A stretch of DNA of 64,000 bases from an uncultured Actinomycetes bacterium (GTDB lineage: Bacteria > Actinomycetota > UBA4738 > JBBDTT01), in NCBI GenBank assembly GCA_963742735.1, contig CAVUMN010000003.1, positions 800,001-864,000 of the forward strand, read 5' to 3'. Of this stretch, positions 52,947 to 62,324 are shown in pieces (within the stretch, counting starts at the first letter, position 1; each line of letters opens with the position of its first letter). The notes under the pieces were generated by a model. It saw nothing but the letters and a program-made list of their open reading frames with translations, ran no database searches and was not told the DNA's origin. Position numbers and translations under genes: made by a program.

Positions 52947-54419
52947 CCAGCCGCGTGGGCGCGCCGGTCCGGACGCGCCGGGCCGAACCTGCCCACCAGC
53001 CTCAAGGACCTCTCGCGCCCCGGCCGACGGGCGTCGAGTCTGCCGACCCCGGACGTCCCGGCGGTCGAGATCCCCGCGGAGCATCGCCGGGCCGAGCCGC
53101 CGCCGCTGCCCGAGGTGGGGGAGCGGGACCTGGTCCGCCACTTCACCCGGCTGGCCCAGATCAACTACGGCGTGGACACGGGCTTCTATCCGCTCGGGTC
53201 GTGCTCCATGAAGTACAACCCGAAGGTGGCCGAGGAGGTCGCGGGGCTGGCCGGGTTCCGCCGGCTGCACCCGCTGCAGCCCGAGTCGACGGTCCAGGGG
53301 GCGCTGGCCCTGATCCACGGGCTCGAGCAGCTGTTGTGCGAGATCACGGGGATGGCGCGGGCCACGTTCCAGCCCGCCGCGGGCGCGTCGGGCGAGCTCA
53401 CCGGCCTGCTGATCATGCGGGCTTTCCACACGAAGAACGGCGACGCCCGCCGCAAGATCGTGATCCCGGACTCGGCGCACGGCACCAACCCGGCGAGCGT
53501 GACCCTGGCCGGCTACGACACCGTCGAGGTGCCCAGCGACGCCCGCGGCCTGGTCGACCTGTCGGCGCTGGAGAAGATGGTCGACGACGGCGTGGCCGGG
53601 CTGATGATCACCAACCCGAACACCCTCGGCCTCTTCGAGGAGGACATCCTGGAGATCGCCCGGATCATCCACGAGGCCGGCGGGCTCCTGTACTACGACG
53701 GCGCGAACCTCAACGCGATCCAGGGCGTGGTCCGCCCCGGCGACATGGGCTTCGACATCGTCCACATGAACACGCACAAGACGTTCGCGACGCCGCACGG
53801 CGGGGGCGGACCTGGGGCGGGGCCGGTGGCGGTGGCCGAGCGGCTGGTGCCGTTCCTGCCGGCGCCGATCGTCGAGTACGACACCGTGTCCAACCGCCAC
53901 TACTTCGACCACGACCGTCCCGACGCGATCGGGCGGGTCCACGGGTTCCACGGGAACTTCGGGATCGTGGTCCGTGCCTACGCCTACGTCGTCGCCCACG
54001 GCTCGAACGGGCTGCGCGAGGTCGCCGAGCGCGCCGTGCTGAACGCCAACTACCTGGCCAAGAAGGTCACCGGCGCCTTCCCACTCGCGTTCTCGGGGCC
54101 GCCCATGCACGAGTTCGTCTCGACCGCGAAGCGCTTGAAGGTGCACGGCATCCGGGCCATGGACATCGCGAAGCGCCTGATCGACCTGGGCTTCCACCCC
54201 TCGACCGTGTACTTCCCGCTGATCGTCGAGGAGTGCCTGATGGTCGAGCCGACCGAGACCGAGTCGCGGGAGACCCTCGACGCGTTCGCGGAGGCGCTCC
54301 TGCAGGCCGCCCGCGAGGCGGCGGAGAACCCGGACCTGCTCCACGAGGCGCCGCTGACCGCGCCGGTCCGCCGCCTGGACGAGGCCCGCGCCGCCCGCCA
54401 CCTCAAGGTCCGCTGGTAG
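52943..54419 (+). CDS. gcvPB: Glycine dehydrogenase subunit 2 (apparent frameshift near 52987)
   Basis: FYPLGSCSMKYNPK, SAHGTNPAS, YYDGANLNA, HKTFATPHGGGGPG, EPTETES. Confidence 0.93.
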
Positions 54420-55052
54420 CCCGCGACCCGATCCGGGCCGTCGTCTTCGACCTCGACGGGGTTCTGATCGACTCCGAGCCGGTGTGGCGCGAGGTCGAGG
54501 CCGAGGTCGCCGAGGCGTTCGGGTTCACCTACTCGGACGAGCTGGCTATGCGCATGCACGGCCGCGGCGTCCAGGGCGTCGCCGACATCGTGGCCGAGCA
54601 GCTGAGCGATCCGCAACGCGCACAGGCGGCCGCGGAGTCGATGGTCGAACGGATGGTCGAGCGAGGCTCGAGGGGGCTGGTCCCGGTGATGCCCGGCGCG
54701 CGGGAGCTGATCGATGCGACTCCGGGGTTCCGTGAAGCTGGCGGTCGCATCGAATTCTGTTCGGCGGTACGTCGAGGGCTCGATCGCGAGCCTGGGCCCG
54801 TTCGACGCGGTGGTGGCCGGCGACGAGGTCGACCACCCGAAGCCGGCTCCGGACGTCTACCTGCGAACTGCGGAGCGGCTGGGGCTGGCGCCGGCGGCGT
54901 GCGTGGCCGTCGAGGACTCCCCGGTCGGGATCGAGTCCGCCACGGCGGCGGGGATGCGCATCGTGGCGATCGCCGGCCTCGGCGGCGACCTCGGGATGCC
55001 CGCCTTCGACTCGCTGGCGGCCCTCACCGCCGAGGACCTGCTCGGGGCCTAG
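54413..55052 (+). CDS. HAD family phosphatase (frameshift near 54716; start uncertain)
   Basis: FDLDGVLIDSEP in one frame; VASNS, KPAPDVY and VEDSPVG in the next. Confidence 0.85.
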
Positions 55053-57814
55053 AGGATCGCGGAGCGCACCGGTACGCTGGCCTCGCGCAGCGCCCGGAGG
55101 ATCCGGTACACGAACGGGTGGCGCTCGACGTCCAGTCCGAGCGGGTTGGGGATCGTGAGGTACGCGGCGCCGGCGATCTGACGGACCGTCAGATTCTCGG
55201 CGCCGAAGTCCCGCAGGACGCCGGCCGCGCGGGCCGACCACGCGGCCGGGACGACGATCCGGATCGGCCGGCCGGGCCCGATCGGGGAGCGCGCCGAGGC
55301 CATGGCGGCGGCGACCGCCCGGGCCGCGATGGGGGAGGCCACGTCGGTGCCGTCCGCGAATGCGCCGACGGGGTAGGCGATGGCGTTGGCGAGAAGGAAC
55401 GAGGCGCCGTCGGTGTAGGCGCGGTAGTTGGGCTCGCTCGAGAACAGCAGGACCCGTCCGGCGCCGAGGGTCTCGTCCACGAGGGCGGCCGAGCCGGCCA
55501 GGGCGGCCTGGCCCTCCACGTAGCCCGACGACCAGAACTCCGGGGCGCGGGAGGGATACAGGCCGGCGTTGGTCCCGGTGACCGACGGCTCCAGGACGTC
55601 GTCGCCGAGCTGGTACCAGTAGGCCGTGGTGGGCGCCCCGAGGGTCAGCGGGCTGTTCGGCCCGAGCAGCACGCGGAACATGGTCCCCGGGACCTGGAGC
55701 TCGGGGGCGTCGCGGACCGCTGCGGTGGTGAACCCGGACTGGATCGCGAACCCCGTCCCGCCCGAGCCTCCCGGGCGGGCCGTGCCGACGTAGACGCCGC
55801 CGCCGGCGATCCACGATTCGATGACCGGCGTGGCCAACGTCAGCTCGGCGGTCTCGATCCCGGGGACCAGGAGCACGTCGGCCTCCGAGAGTGCCCCGAG
55901 CAGGATCTCGGCCCCGGTGACCGGCGTGTAGGGGACCTTCCACACCCGGTCGAGCAGGTATCGCAGGTGGCCGATGGACTCCCCCACCGCGATGGCGGCG
56001 CCGGCGGGGGCGGGCGGCGCGTACACCGCGATCCGGGGCTGGCGGAACCGCAGGCCCTCGGGGAACGTGCGCAGGGCGCGGACGTCGATGCGGCGCTCCC
56101 GGGCCAGGCGGCGCAGGGCCGGCGCCGCGTGGGCGCCCAGGACGACGAAGGACCCGCGGGGCAGGCCCGCCGCGGGCGCCTCGAGCCGCCGGACCGTGTG
56201 GCCGGTCCGGGCCAGCTCCCAGGCGGCGGCCATCGCCTCGCCGGTGTCGCCCGGGAACCCGAACGCCGCGGTGGTGACCGTGAGGCCGCGCACGGATCCG
56301 ACCGGCGCCGCGACGACGCGCTCGGCGCGCGGCCGAAGCCGGTCGCCCGTGAACCAGGCGGGCAGGTTCATCAGCAGCGGGTTCGACCAGGCGGTGACGT
56401 CGTAGAAGTAGGCGAACGGGGTGTACGGGTCCTCGCCGAGCAGCGCCTGGATCCACCGCTTCTGGGGCTGAGCCATGGGGATCCAGAACGAGCCGGCGGG
56501 GACCACGCCTCGCCGGGGGCCCCGCCCGTACGCGCGAAGGTTGGGGACCGACAGCGGCCGGCGCAGGCGATAGACCTCGACGCCGGTGGAGATGAGCCGC
56601 TCCACCAGGCGGGCCGCGTCCGGCCGGGACCGCTCGGGGCCGATGAAGTAGTGGCGAACGCGCGTCGGCGGGACGCGCCGGTCCACCACGTTGCCCGGCT
56701 CGTTGATGACGTTCGGCTCCAGGAAGCCGGCCCGGCCCTCCAGGTACGCCCGGGCGTGCGCCTGGTGCCAGTCGAGCAGGATCTGACGCTTGTTGAGGCC
56801 GGCCGTGAAGATCGAGGTCCATCCCGCGACGAACTGCTCGTCCTCGCGCTGGGCGTCGGTGTCGGCCGTGCCCTTCTCGAAGGTCATCCCGGCGGCGGTG
56901 AAGACGGTGGTGGGCACCGTGTCGCCGTAGCCCATGTAGAACAGGTCGTAGATGTCGTAGTTGAAGTAGCTCCACTCGGTGGGCGCCGTCGCGCGGCGGT
57001 CCTCGAAGGCCTTGGCCATGGCCGGGCCGTACAGCTCGTTGATCCAGCGGAGGCTCTCCGGGCTGATCTCGTGGTGGATGGGGTCCGCGTTGGGCGGGAA
57101 GAAGAAGTCGCTGCTGCCCATCTCGTGGGCGTCGATGAACAGCACGGGAGGGAATCGCATCAGCAGGTCGAGCTTCCCGTCGGTCTCCGGCTGGGTGCGG
57201 GCGAACCAGTCCCGGTTCATGTCGAAGCCGTAGGCGTTCTCGCGGCTGGCGGCGTCGCGGCCGTCGGGGTTCTGCGTGGGGATGATGCCGACGATCAGGT
57301 CGGTGATGGTGTGCTCGACGTCGCAGTACCGGCCGGCGGCCAGCTCGTACAGGAGGTGGATCGCGGCGTCCGCGCCGGAGGCCTCGTTGCCGTGGACGTT
57401 GCCGGTGTACCAGACGATCGCGGGGGTGGTGGAGGCGATGGCCGCGGCTTCCCGGGGCGTGGTCCGGCGGGGGTCCCGCAGGCGCTGCAGCCGGGCCACG
57501 ATCGAGTCGAGGTCCGCCATGTTCGGCCGCAAGGAGACCAGCGCGTACTTCAGGGGCGTCCCGTTCCACGAGCTGGCGAACGTGCCGGCCCGGACGCGGT
57601 CGCTGGTCGCCGCCACCGCGTCGACGTAGTCGTTGAGCTCGGAGGTCAGCGCCCGCCGGAGCGGGAACCCGGGGATCGCCTCGGAGGGGGAGGGGATGGT
57701 GTCGTCGTAGGTGGGCGTCGTGATGCAGGTGTGGGCCGTCGCCGGAGGCGGCGCGGCAAGGAGCAGGCACAGGGCGGCCGCGATCAGGGCCTGGAGGGAA
57801 CGGGCGGGTCGCAT
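55049..57814 (-). CDS. Secreted M14 zinc carboxypeptidase with C-terminal GATase-like domain
   Basis: Signal peptide; VHGNE, NPDGR, DMNRDW, IDAHEM; FYDVTAWS. Confidence 0.88.
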   Translation of the reverse strand: MRPARSLQALIAAALCLLLAAPPPATAHTCITTPTYDDTIPSPSEAIPGFPLRRALTSELNDYVDAVAATSDRVRAGTFASSWNGTPLKYALVSLRPNMADLDSIVARLQRLRDPRRTTPREAAAIASTTPAIVWYTGNVHGNEASGADAAIHLLYELAAGRYCDVEHTITDLIVGIIPTQNPDGRDAASRENAYGFDMNRDWFARTQPETDGKLDLLMRFPPVLFIDAHEMGSSDFFFPPNADPIHHEISPESLRWINELYGPAMAKAFEDRRATAPTEWSYFNYDIYDLFYMGYGDTVPTTVFTAAGMTFEKGTADTDAQREDEQFVAGWTSIFTAGLNKRQILLDWHQAHARAYLEGRAGFLEPNVINEPGNVVDRRVPPTRVRHYFIGPERSRPDAARLVERLISTGVEVYRLRRPLSVPNLRAYGRGPRRGVVPAGSFWIPMAQPQKRWIQALLGEDPYTPFAYFYDVTAWSNPLLMNLPAWFTGDRLRPRAERVVAAPVGSVRGLTVTTAAFGFPGDTGEAMAAAWELARTGHTVRRLEAPAAGLPRGSFVVLGAHAAPALRRLARERRIDVRALRTFPEGLRFRQPRIAVYAPPAPAGAAIAVGESIGHLRYLLDRVWKVPYTPVTGAEILLGALSEADVLLVPGIETAELTLATPVIESWIAGGGVYVGTARPGGSGGTGFAIQSGFTTAAVRDAPELQVPGTMFRVLLGPNSPLTLGAPTTAYWYQLGDDVLEPSVTGTNAGLYPSRAPEFWSSGYVEGQAALAGSAALVDETLGAGRVLLFSSEPNYRAYTDGASFLLANAIAYPVGAFADGTDVASPIAARAVAAAMASARSPIGPGRPIRIVVPAAWSARAAGVLRDFGAENLTVRQIAGAAYLTIPNPLGLDVERHPFVYRILRALREASVPVRSAIL

Positions 57815-57834
57815 GGGTGGTCTAGGGTTTCGCC

Positions 57835-58653
57835 GTGCTCCGCGCCGACTCCTATGGGCCCGTCACGCGCATCGACCTCACCGCGGGGCCGGCCGAGGGC
57901 GTCCGGTGGAGCGCGTGCTACCTGGTGGACGGGATCCTGTTCGACGCGGCGATGCATCACGGCCGAGCCGAGCTCGCGGCGTTCCTGGACGGCCGCGCCG
58001 GGACCGTCGCCCTCACCCACTGTCACGAGGACCACGCGGGGGGCGCGTCGGCCCTCGCCGGGGACGGCGTGCAGGTGCTGGCGCCGGCGAGCCACCTGGG
58101 CCTGCTCGCGCAGCCGGAGGACCTTCCGCTCATGCGGGAGGCGGTGTGGGGCCGGCCGGAACCGGTCGCCGGAGCGCCGCTGCCGGACGCGCTCGTCGAG
58201 GCCGGCCGCCGGTACGAGGTCGTGCCCACGCCGGGCCACTGCCCGCAGCACGTGGCCTTCGTTCACCGCGACGAGGGGTGGGTGTTCGCCGGCGACCTGA
58301 TCGCCGCGACGGAGCCCCGGCTGGCCCGGGCCGAGGAGGACCTGCCGGCAGCCGTCGCCTCGCTGCGGGCGGTGGCCGCGCTGGGCCCCGAGCGGCTGTT
58401 CCCGGCCCACCTGCCGGTCCCGGAGCGTCCCCTGGAGCCGATCGAGCGCCTGCTGGGGTACCTGGAGGACCGCGCGGCCGAGGCCAAGGCCCTGGCCGGC
58501 GCGGGCGCCTCGGAGGCGGAGATCGTCGAGCGGATGTTCGGCGGCGAGCACGTCTGGAGCCGCGCCCCGGCCGGCTCCCCCGTGACCGCGAGCGATATGA
58601 CCGGAGGGGACTTCTCGACCCTGAACCTGGTACGCGGGCTGCTGGACCTCTAG
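57835..58653 (+). CDS. Metallo-beta-lactamase-fold hydrolase
   Basis: THCHEDHAGG, TPGH, FAGD, PAH. Confidence 0.9.
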   Translation: MLRADSYGPVTRIDLTAGPAEGVRWSACYLVDGILFDAAMHHGRAELAAFLDGRAGTVALTHCHEDHAGGASALAGDGVQVLAPASHLGLLAQPEDLPLMREAVWGRPEPVAGAPLPDALVEAGRRYEVVPTPGHCPQHVAFVHRDEGWVFAGDLIAATEPRLARAEEDLPAAVASLRAVAALGPERLFPAHLPVPERPLEPIERLLGYLEDRAAEAKALAGAGASEAEIVERMFGGEHVWSRAPAGSPVTASDMTGGDFSTLNLVRGLLDL

Positions 58654-58823
58654 CTCGAACGTACGTGCGACCCGCGCGGCCGGCCGGGGGAGCGGGCTCG
58701 GCGCCTCGCGATCGCGTCGAGCCGGGCGGGGGGTTTCGACCAAGCTGCCGCGCAGCGCACGTGCCGCGGCGGACGGGCGACCCGTGTTTTCCATGCCGAG
58801 GGGCTCCGGGGGCCGGAATGGCC

Positions 58824-58885
58824 AGGGGGTGCTCATTCCTGACTACTTACCGTAATGGTGGTTATCGGGAGTTAGGGGGTGCTCA
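58824..58885 (+). repeat. 12-bp direct repeat AGGGGGTGCTCA flanking the dif-like site
   Basis: Exact copies at 58824-58835 and 58874-58885. Confidence 0.85.
58845..58872 (-). other. dif-like XerC/XerD recombination site
   Basis: Minus strand ACTCCCGATAA-CCACCA-TTACGGTAAGT; 11-6-11 architecture with TAA/TTA inner triplets; intergenic between convergent genes. Confidence 0.6.
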
Positions 58886-59350
58886 CGAGAAGGGCTTGGT
58901 GACCATCACGAAGATGATCGCCACCCACAGCCCCAGGTCGAACACCACGATCGCGCGGCGGACCGGGGTGCGGGTCAGCAGCGAGGTCAGCTCGGGGTTC
59001 ATGGCGTCGTCGGGGCTGGCCTCGGCGGCCTCGAGGATCTTCTTGCTCCGGGGTCCCCAGTAGGCGATTCCCATGGCCATGAGGCCGGCGAACAGGACGT
59101 AGGCGAGGATCAGCCACGTCTGGGTGAGGTCCAGGTTTCCGTTGATCGCGGTGATGATCCCGAGGATCAACCCGAGGATCACGATCGGGATGGCGATGCC
59201 GTCGAGCTTCTGGGCCGCCTGGTAGACCCGCCGGATGGCCCGGACGTCCCGGGAGCCCTCGACGTGGAAGCAGTAGGCCTCCCCGCCCACGAACAGGCTC
59301 GCGGCGGTGAACATCGCCAGGATGTGCGCGAACTTCAGGAGCTCGTACAT
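58883..59350 (-). CDS. DUF2269-like membrane protein
   Basis: MYELLKFAHIL...; four TM helices; C-terminal MVTKPF. Confidence 0.8.
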   Translation of the reverse strand: MYELLKFAHILAMFTAASLFVGGEAYCFHVEGSRDVRAIRRVYQAAQKLDGIAIPIVILGLILGIITAINGNLDLTQTWLILAYVLFAGLMAMGIAYWGPRSKKILEAAEASPDDAMNPELTSLLTRTPVRRAIVVFDLGLWVAIIFVMVTKPFS

Positions 59351-59364
59351 CGCTCTCCCTTCAC

Positions 59365-61614
59365 TCAGGCGGCCCGGAACCGGTCCCGCCAGGCCCAGCG
59401 GGCCACCTTCAGCATCGCCTCGACGATGATGCCCCGGCTGATCTTCGAGACGCCGTGCTCGCGTTCGCGGAACGTGATCGGGACCTCGGCGACGGAGTAT
59501 CCACGGCGCCAAGCCCGGTACGCCAACTCGACCTGGAAGCCGTAGCCCCCGGAGGTGATCCCGCCGGCCAGCAGGTCCTGCAGGACGGTGCTCCGGTACG
59601 CGCGGTAACCGCTGGTGGCGTCGCGCAGGGGGAGTCGAAGGAGCGTCCGGGCGTACAGGTTGCCCCCCTTGGACAGGAGGACCCTCCCCCGGCTCCAGTT
59701 CGTCACCGCTCCCCCGGGCACGTACCGGGAGCCGATGACGACGTCGTGCTCGGCAGCCGCCTCGAGCAGGCGAGGCAGCTCCTCCGGCTGGTGGGACAGG
59801 TCCGCGTCCATCTCGACGATCACGTCGAAGCCCTCCTCCAGGCCCACCCGGAACCCCTCCTTGTAGGCCCCGGCCAGCCCCCGCTCCCCCTCTCGCGCCA
59901 GCAGCCGGACCCGCGGTTCGCCGTCCGCCAGCCCCGCCACGATCACCCCCGTCCCGTCCGGCGAGCCGTCGTCGACCACCAGGACCTGCACCCGGGGGTC
60001 GGCGGCCAGCACCCGGGTCACGACGTCCCGGATCGTGTCGCGCTCCTCGTAGGTGGGCAGGACCACGAGCGCCCAGCGCAGGTCGAGCGGCCCGGCGGGC
60101 TCGCGCCGGCTTCGGCGGGCCGGGGCGAACGCGAACGCCACGGCCACGCCCAGGCCGCACAGCAGCGGGAACCAGTCCCCGAACCGCGTGTAGATGGTGT
60201 GGCCCTCGATCCGGGGGATCTCCCGGCGCAGGACCGCCGGCTCGAACAGCTCGGTGGTCGCGACGACCTCCCCCCGAGGCGAGATGAACGCGCTGATCCC
60301 CGACAGCGCCGCATGGGCGATCCACCGGCCGTTCTCCGCGGCGCGGACCTGGCTGAGCGCCACGTGCTGGCGCGACAGCGCGGTGCGGCCGAACGTCGCG
60401 TTGTTGGTGCTGACGACGAGGAACGCCGGGGTGAAGGCCTCCTCTCGCTGGTTCACCGCACGGCGAACGAGGTCCGGGAACGAGTTCTCGAAGCAGATCA
60501 CGCTGGTGAAGCGCAGCCCCGGCCCCGCGTCCGCGGTCCCGAACATGACCGGCCCCTCCCCCGGCGCCATGTCCCGTGGGATGAGGGCCAGCTCCTTGAT
60601 GAACCCCAGCCGCTCCCGGAACGGCACGTACTCCCCGTACGGGACCGGCTTCTGCTTGCGGTACCGCTCCACCACGCCCCGCCCGGGCAGGTAGAAGTCG
60701 TTCTCGTTGGAGAACCGGCCGTCGGGGGCGTCGGTGATCGCCCCGATCAGGGTCGGAACTCCCACCTCCCCCACCGACGCGTCGATGAGCGCGGCGAGGT
60801 CCGGATTCGTGCTCGGATCACGGTCGATCGAGTTCTCCGGCCAGACGGCCAAATCGGGCGGAACGGACGCGAGAGTCAGGTGCAGGCGGGCGTGGTTCTG
60901 CGCCACCACCTGATCCTCGTAGAACCGGTCGAACAGGTGCCGCTCGGGGGCGTTGCCCTGCACGATCGCCACGTCCACGGGCGGGCTGTCGCCGGGCTCC
61001 AGCACCGGGATCAGGGCCGGGGCGACGGCGATGACGCCCGCGATCCCCAGGGCGAGGATCTTGCCCCTCCGCTCCCCCGTTCCGAAGGCCGCGACGATCG
61101 CCGCGTTGGCGAAGGCGACCACGAAGGAGATGCCCCACACGCCGGTCACCGACGCCAGCGGCAGGAGCAGCGGGTTGTCGTGCTGGGTGGTCCCCAGGGT
61201 CCCCCACGTGTAGCCGCCGGCCGGGAGGAAGGAGCGGATCAGCTCCATGACCGTCCACCACGCCGCGACGGCCAGGGCCGAGCGGACCGGCCGGTCGTCG
61301 TGCCACAGGGCCGGGACCAGGAACCCGAAGCCGGCGTAGGCCAGGGTGTAGGTCAGCGAGACCGGGAGCCAGCCGACCAGCCCGACCGTCTGGAAGATCC
61401 ACCAGGAGACCGCGCCGACGTAGGCCACCCCGAAGACGTAGCCGAGGAGGGCGGCCCGCCGCGGCCGGACGTCCTTGGTCAGCCAGATGATGGGGGCGGC
61501 GCCGACGAAGGCCAGCGGTCCGAGCTCGGCGGGCGGCAGGGCGAGGGACAGGAGCGCGCCGCTCACGGCGGCGATCGGGAGGGCGAAGGGGAGGGACGGA
61601 GCTCGGCCGCTCAG
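59365..61614 (-). CDS. lnt: Apolipoprotein N-acyltransferase fused to polyprenol-monophosphomannose synthase (Lnt-Ppm1)
   Basis: VQGN, VWPE, K..VPYGEY, ICFE (Lnt); then LPTYEE, VDDGSPDGT, EMDADLSH, FRERE (GT2). Start inferred at CTG 61614. Confidence 0.92.
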   Translation of the reverse strand: MSGRAPSLPFALPIAAVSGALLSLALPPAELGPLAFVGAAPIIWLTKDVRPRRAALLGYVFGVAYVGAVSWWIFQTVGLVGWLPVSLTYTLAYAGFGFLVPALWHDDRPVRSALAVAAWWTVMELIRSFLPAGGYTWGTLGTTQHDNPLLLPLASVTGVWGISFVVAFANAAIVAAFGTGERRGKILALGIAGVIAVAPALIPVLEPGDSPPVDVAIVQGNAPERHLFDRFYEDQVVAQNHARLHLTLASVPPDLAVWPENSIDRDPSTNPDLAALIDASVGEVGVPTLIGAITDAPDGRFSNENDFYLPGRGVVERYRKQKPVPYGEYVPFRERLGFIKELALIPRDMAPGEGPVMFGTADAGPGLRFTSVICFENSFPDLVRRAVNQREEAFTPAFLVVSTNNATFGRTALSRQHVALSQVRAAENGRWIAHAALSGISAFISPRGEVVATTELFEPAVLRREIPRIEGHTIYTRFGDWFPLLCGLGVAVAFAFAPARRSRREPAGPLDLRWALVVLPTYEERDTIRDVVTRVLAADPRVQVLVVDDGSPDGTGVIVAGLADGEPRVRLLAREGERGLAGAYKEGFRVGLEEGFDVIVEMDADLSHQPEELPRLLEAAAEHDVVIGSRYVPGGAVTNWSRGRVLLSKGGNLYARTLLRLPLRDATSGYRAYRSTVLQDLLAGGITSGGYGFQVELAYRAWRRGYSVAEVPITFREREHGVSKISRGIIVEAMLKVARWAWRDRFRAA

Positions 61615-61943
61615 GCGCAGTCGACGCAGAACATCCGCCGCTTGTCGGCCAGCTGGCTGCGGTGCTTCACCAGGAAGCAGTTCTTGCACGTGAACTCGTT
61701 GGCCTGAAGCGGGACCACCTTGACGGCCAGAGGCTCGACCCGCTCGTCCCGCTCGAGGGTGAGCAGCGACTCGTCGTCCTCTTCCTCGGGGACCTTCTCT
61801 TCGGGGGCCCGCTTGGCGAGCAGCTCGTCCAGGCTCGACTCGACCGCCTCGCCCTCGACGGGCTCGGGCACGACGACGGCCTCGGCGTCCTCTTCGTCGT
61901 CGTCCTCGACCTCGGCGTCCTCGATCAGCTCTTCGTCTTCCAC
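61611..61943 (-). CDS. DUF4193 family protein
   Basis: Acidic N-terminus; VVPLQANEFTCKNCFLVKHRSQLA...CVDCA; GAGGGG RBS before GTG 61943. Confidence 0.88.
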   Translation of the reverse strand: MEDEELIEDAEVEDDDEEDAEAVVVPEPVEGEAVESSLDELLAKRAPEEKVPEEEDDESLLTLERDERVEPLAVKVVPLQANEFTCKNCFLVKHRSQLADKRRMFCVDCA

Positions 61944-61977
61944 GGTCCCCTCGCTCGGCCCGGTTCGGCGGTTGCGC

Positions 61978-62005
61978 ATTGTACGCCTCGCCACAGCCCT
62001 GTAAA
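61978..62005 (-). promoter_or_regulatory. Promoter of the DUF4193-lnt operon
   Basis: Minus strand TTTACA-N16-TACAAT. Confidence 0.55.
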
Positions 62006-62045
62006 CCCCTGGGGGAACGCCGCGGCGGAAGAAAGAATTCCCGGC

Positions 62046-62152
62046 GAAGAGAAAGGACCCAAGAGACCGTTGGGGCCGCAGCGCCGGGGCGCTGCGTTCT
62101 CTACTAGGCCTCTTGGGTCCTATCGCTCCGTCGGTGCGGGGGTTCCGGCGGC
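62046..62152 (-). ncRNA. Candidate small RNA or structured leader
   Basis: Perfect 12-bp stem 62054-62065/62110-62121 with nested stem 62077-62096; upstream promoter; pyrimidine tail. Confidence 0.45.
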
Positions 62153-62158
62153 GGCGCG

Positions 62159-62188
62159 ACTGTACGCCCGCCCGCGGCGGCGTGTCAA
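62159..62188 (-). promoter_or_regulatory. Near-consensus promoter driving the candidate RNA
   Basis: Minus strand TTGACA-N18-TACAGT. Confidence 0.65.
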
Positions 62189-62216
62189 TGAGCGGATCCG
62201 TGCTCAAGCACGGAAT

Positions 62217-62246
62217 CCCTCAACCCTTTATCGCAGGTTGAGGGTT
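62217..62246. promoter_or_regulatory. Putative FtsR-type operator palindrome
   Basis: CCCTCAACC-N10-GGTTGAGGG; contains AACCCTTTATCGCAGGTTGAGGGT. Confidence 0.55.
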
Positions 62247-62324
62247 CGTGCTCGCTCCGTGCTCAGCCCAGCGCGACCCGGGCGATCCTTGGGCCTGTCG
62301 GTCCCCGGGGGTATGCTGCGGCTC

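Noticed and set aside
50313-55052. Frameshifts in gcvPA, gcvPB, the HAD gene and the DUF1640-like gene as programmed recoding or pseudogenes
   Set aside because: Single-base indels, at least one in a short homopolymer, with no shared slippery motif; sequencing or consensus error is more likely.
51629-58300. 2223-aa giant ORF
   Set aside because: Artefact: gcvPA slips frame at about 52830, then runs through off-frame gcvPB, part of the HAD gene and antisense of the M14 peptidase.
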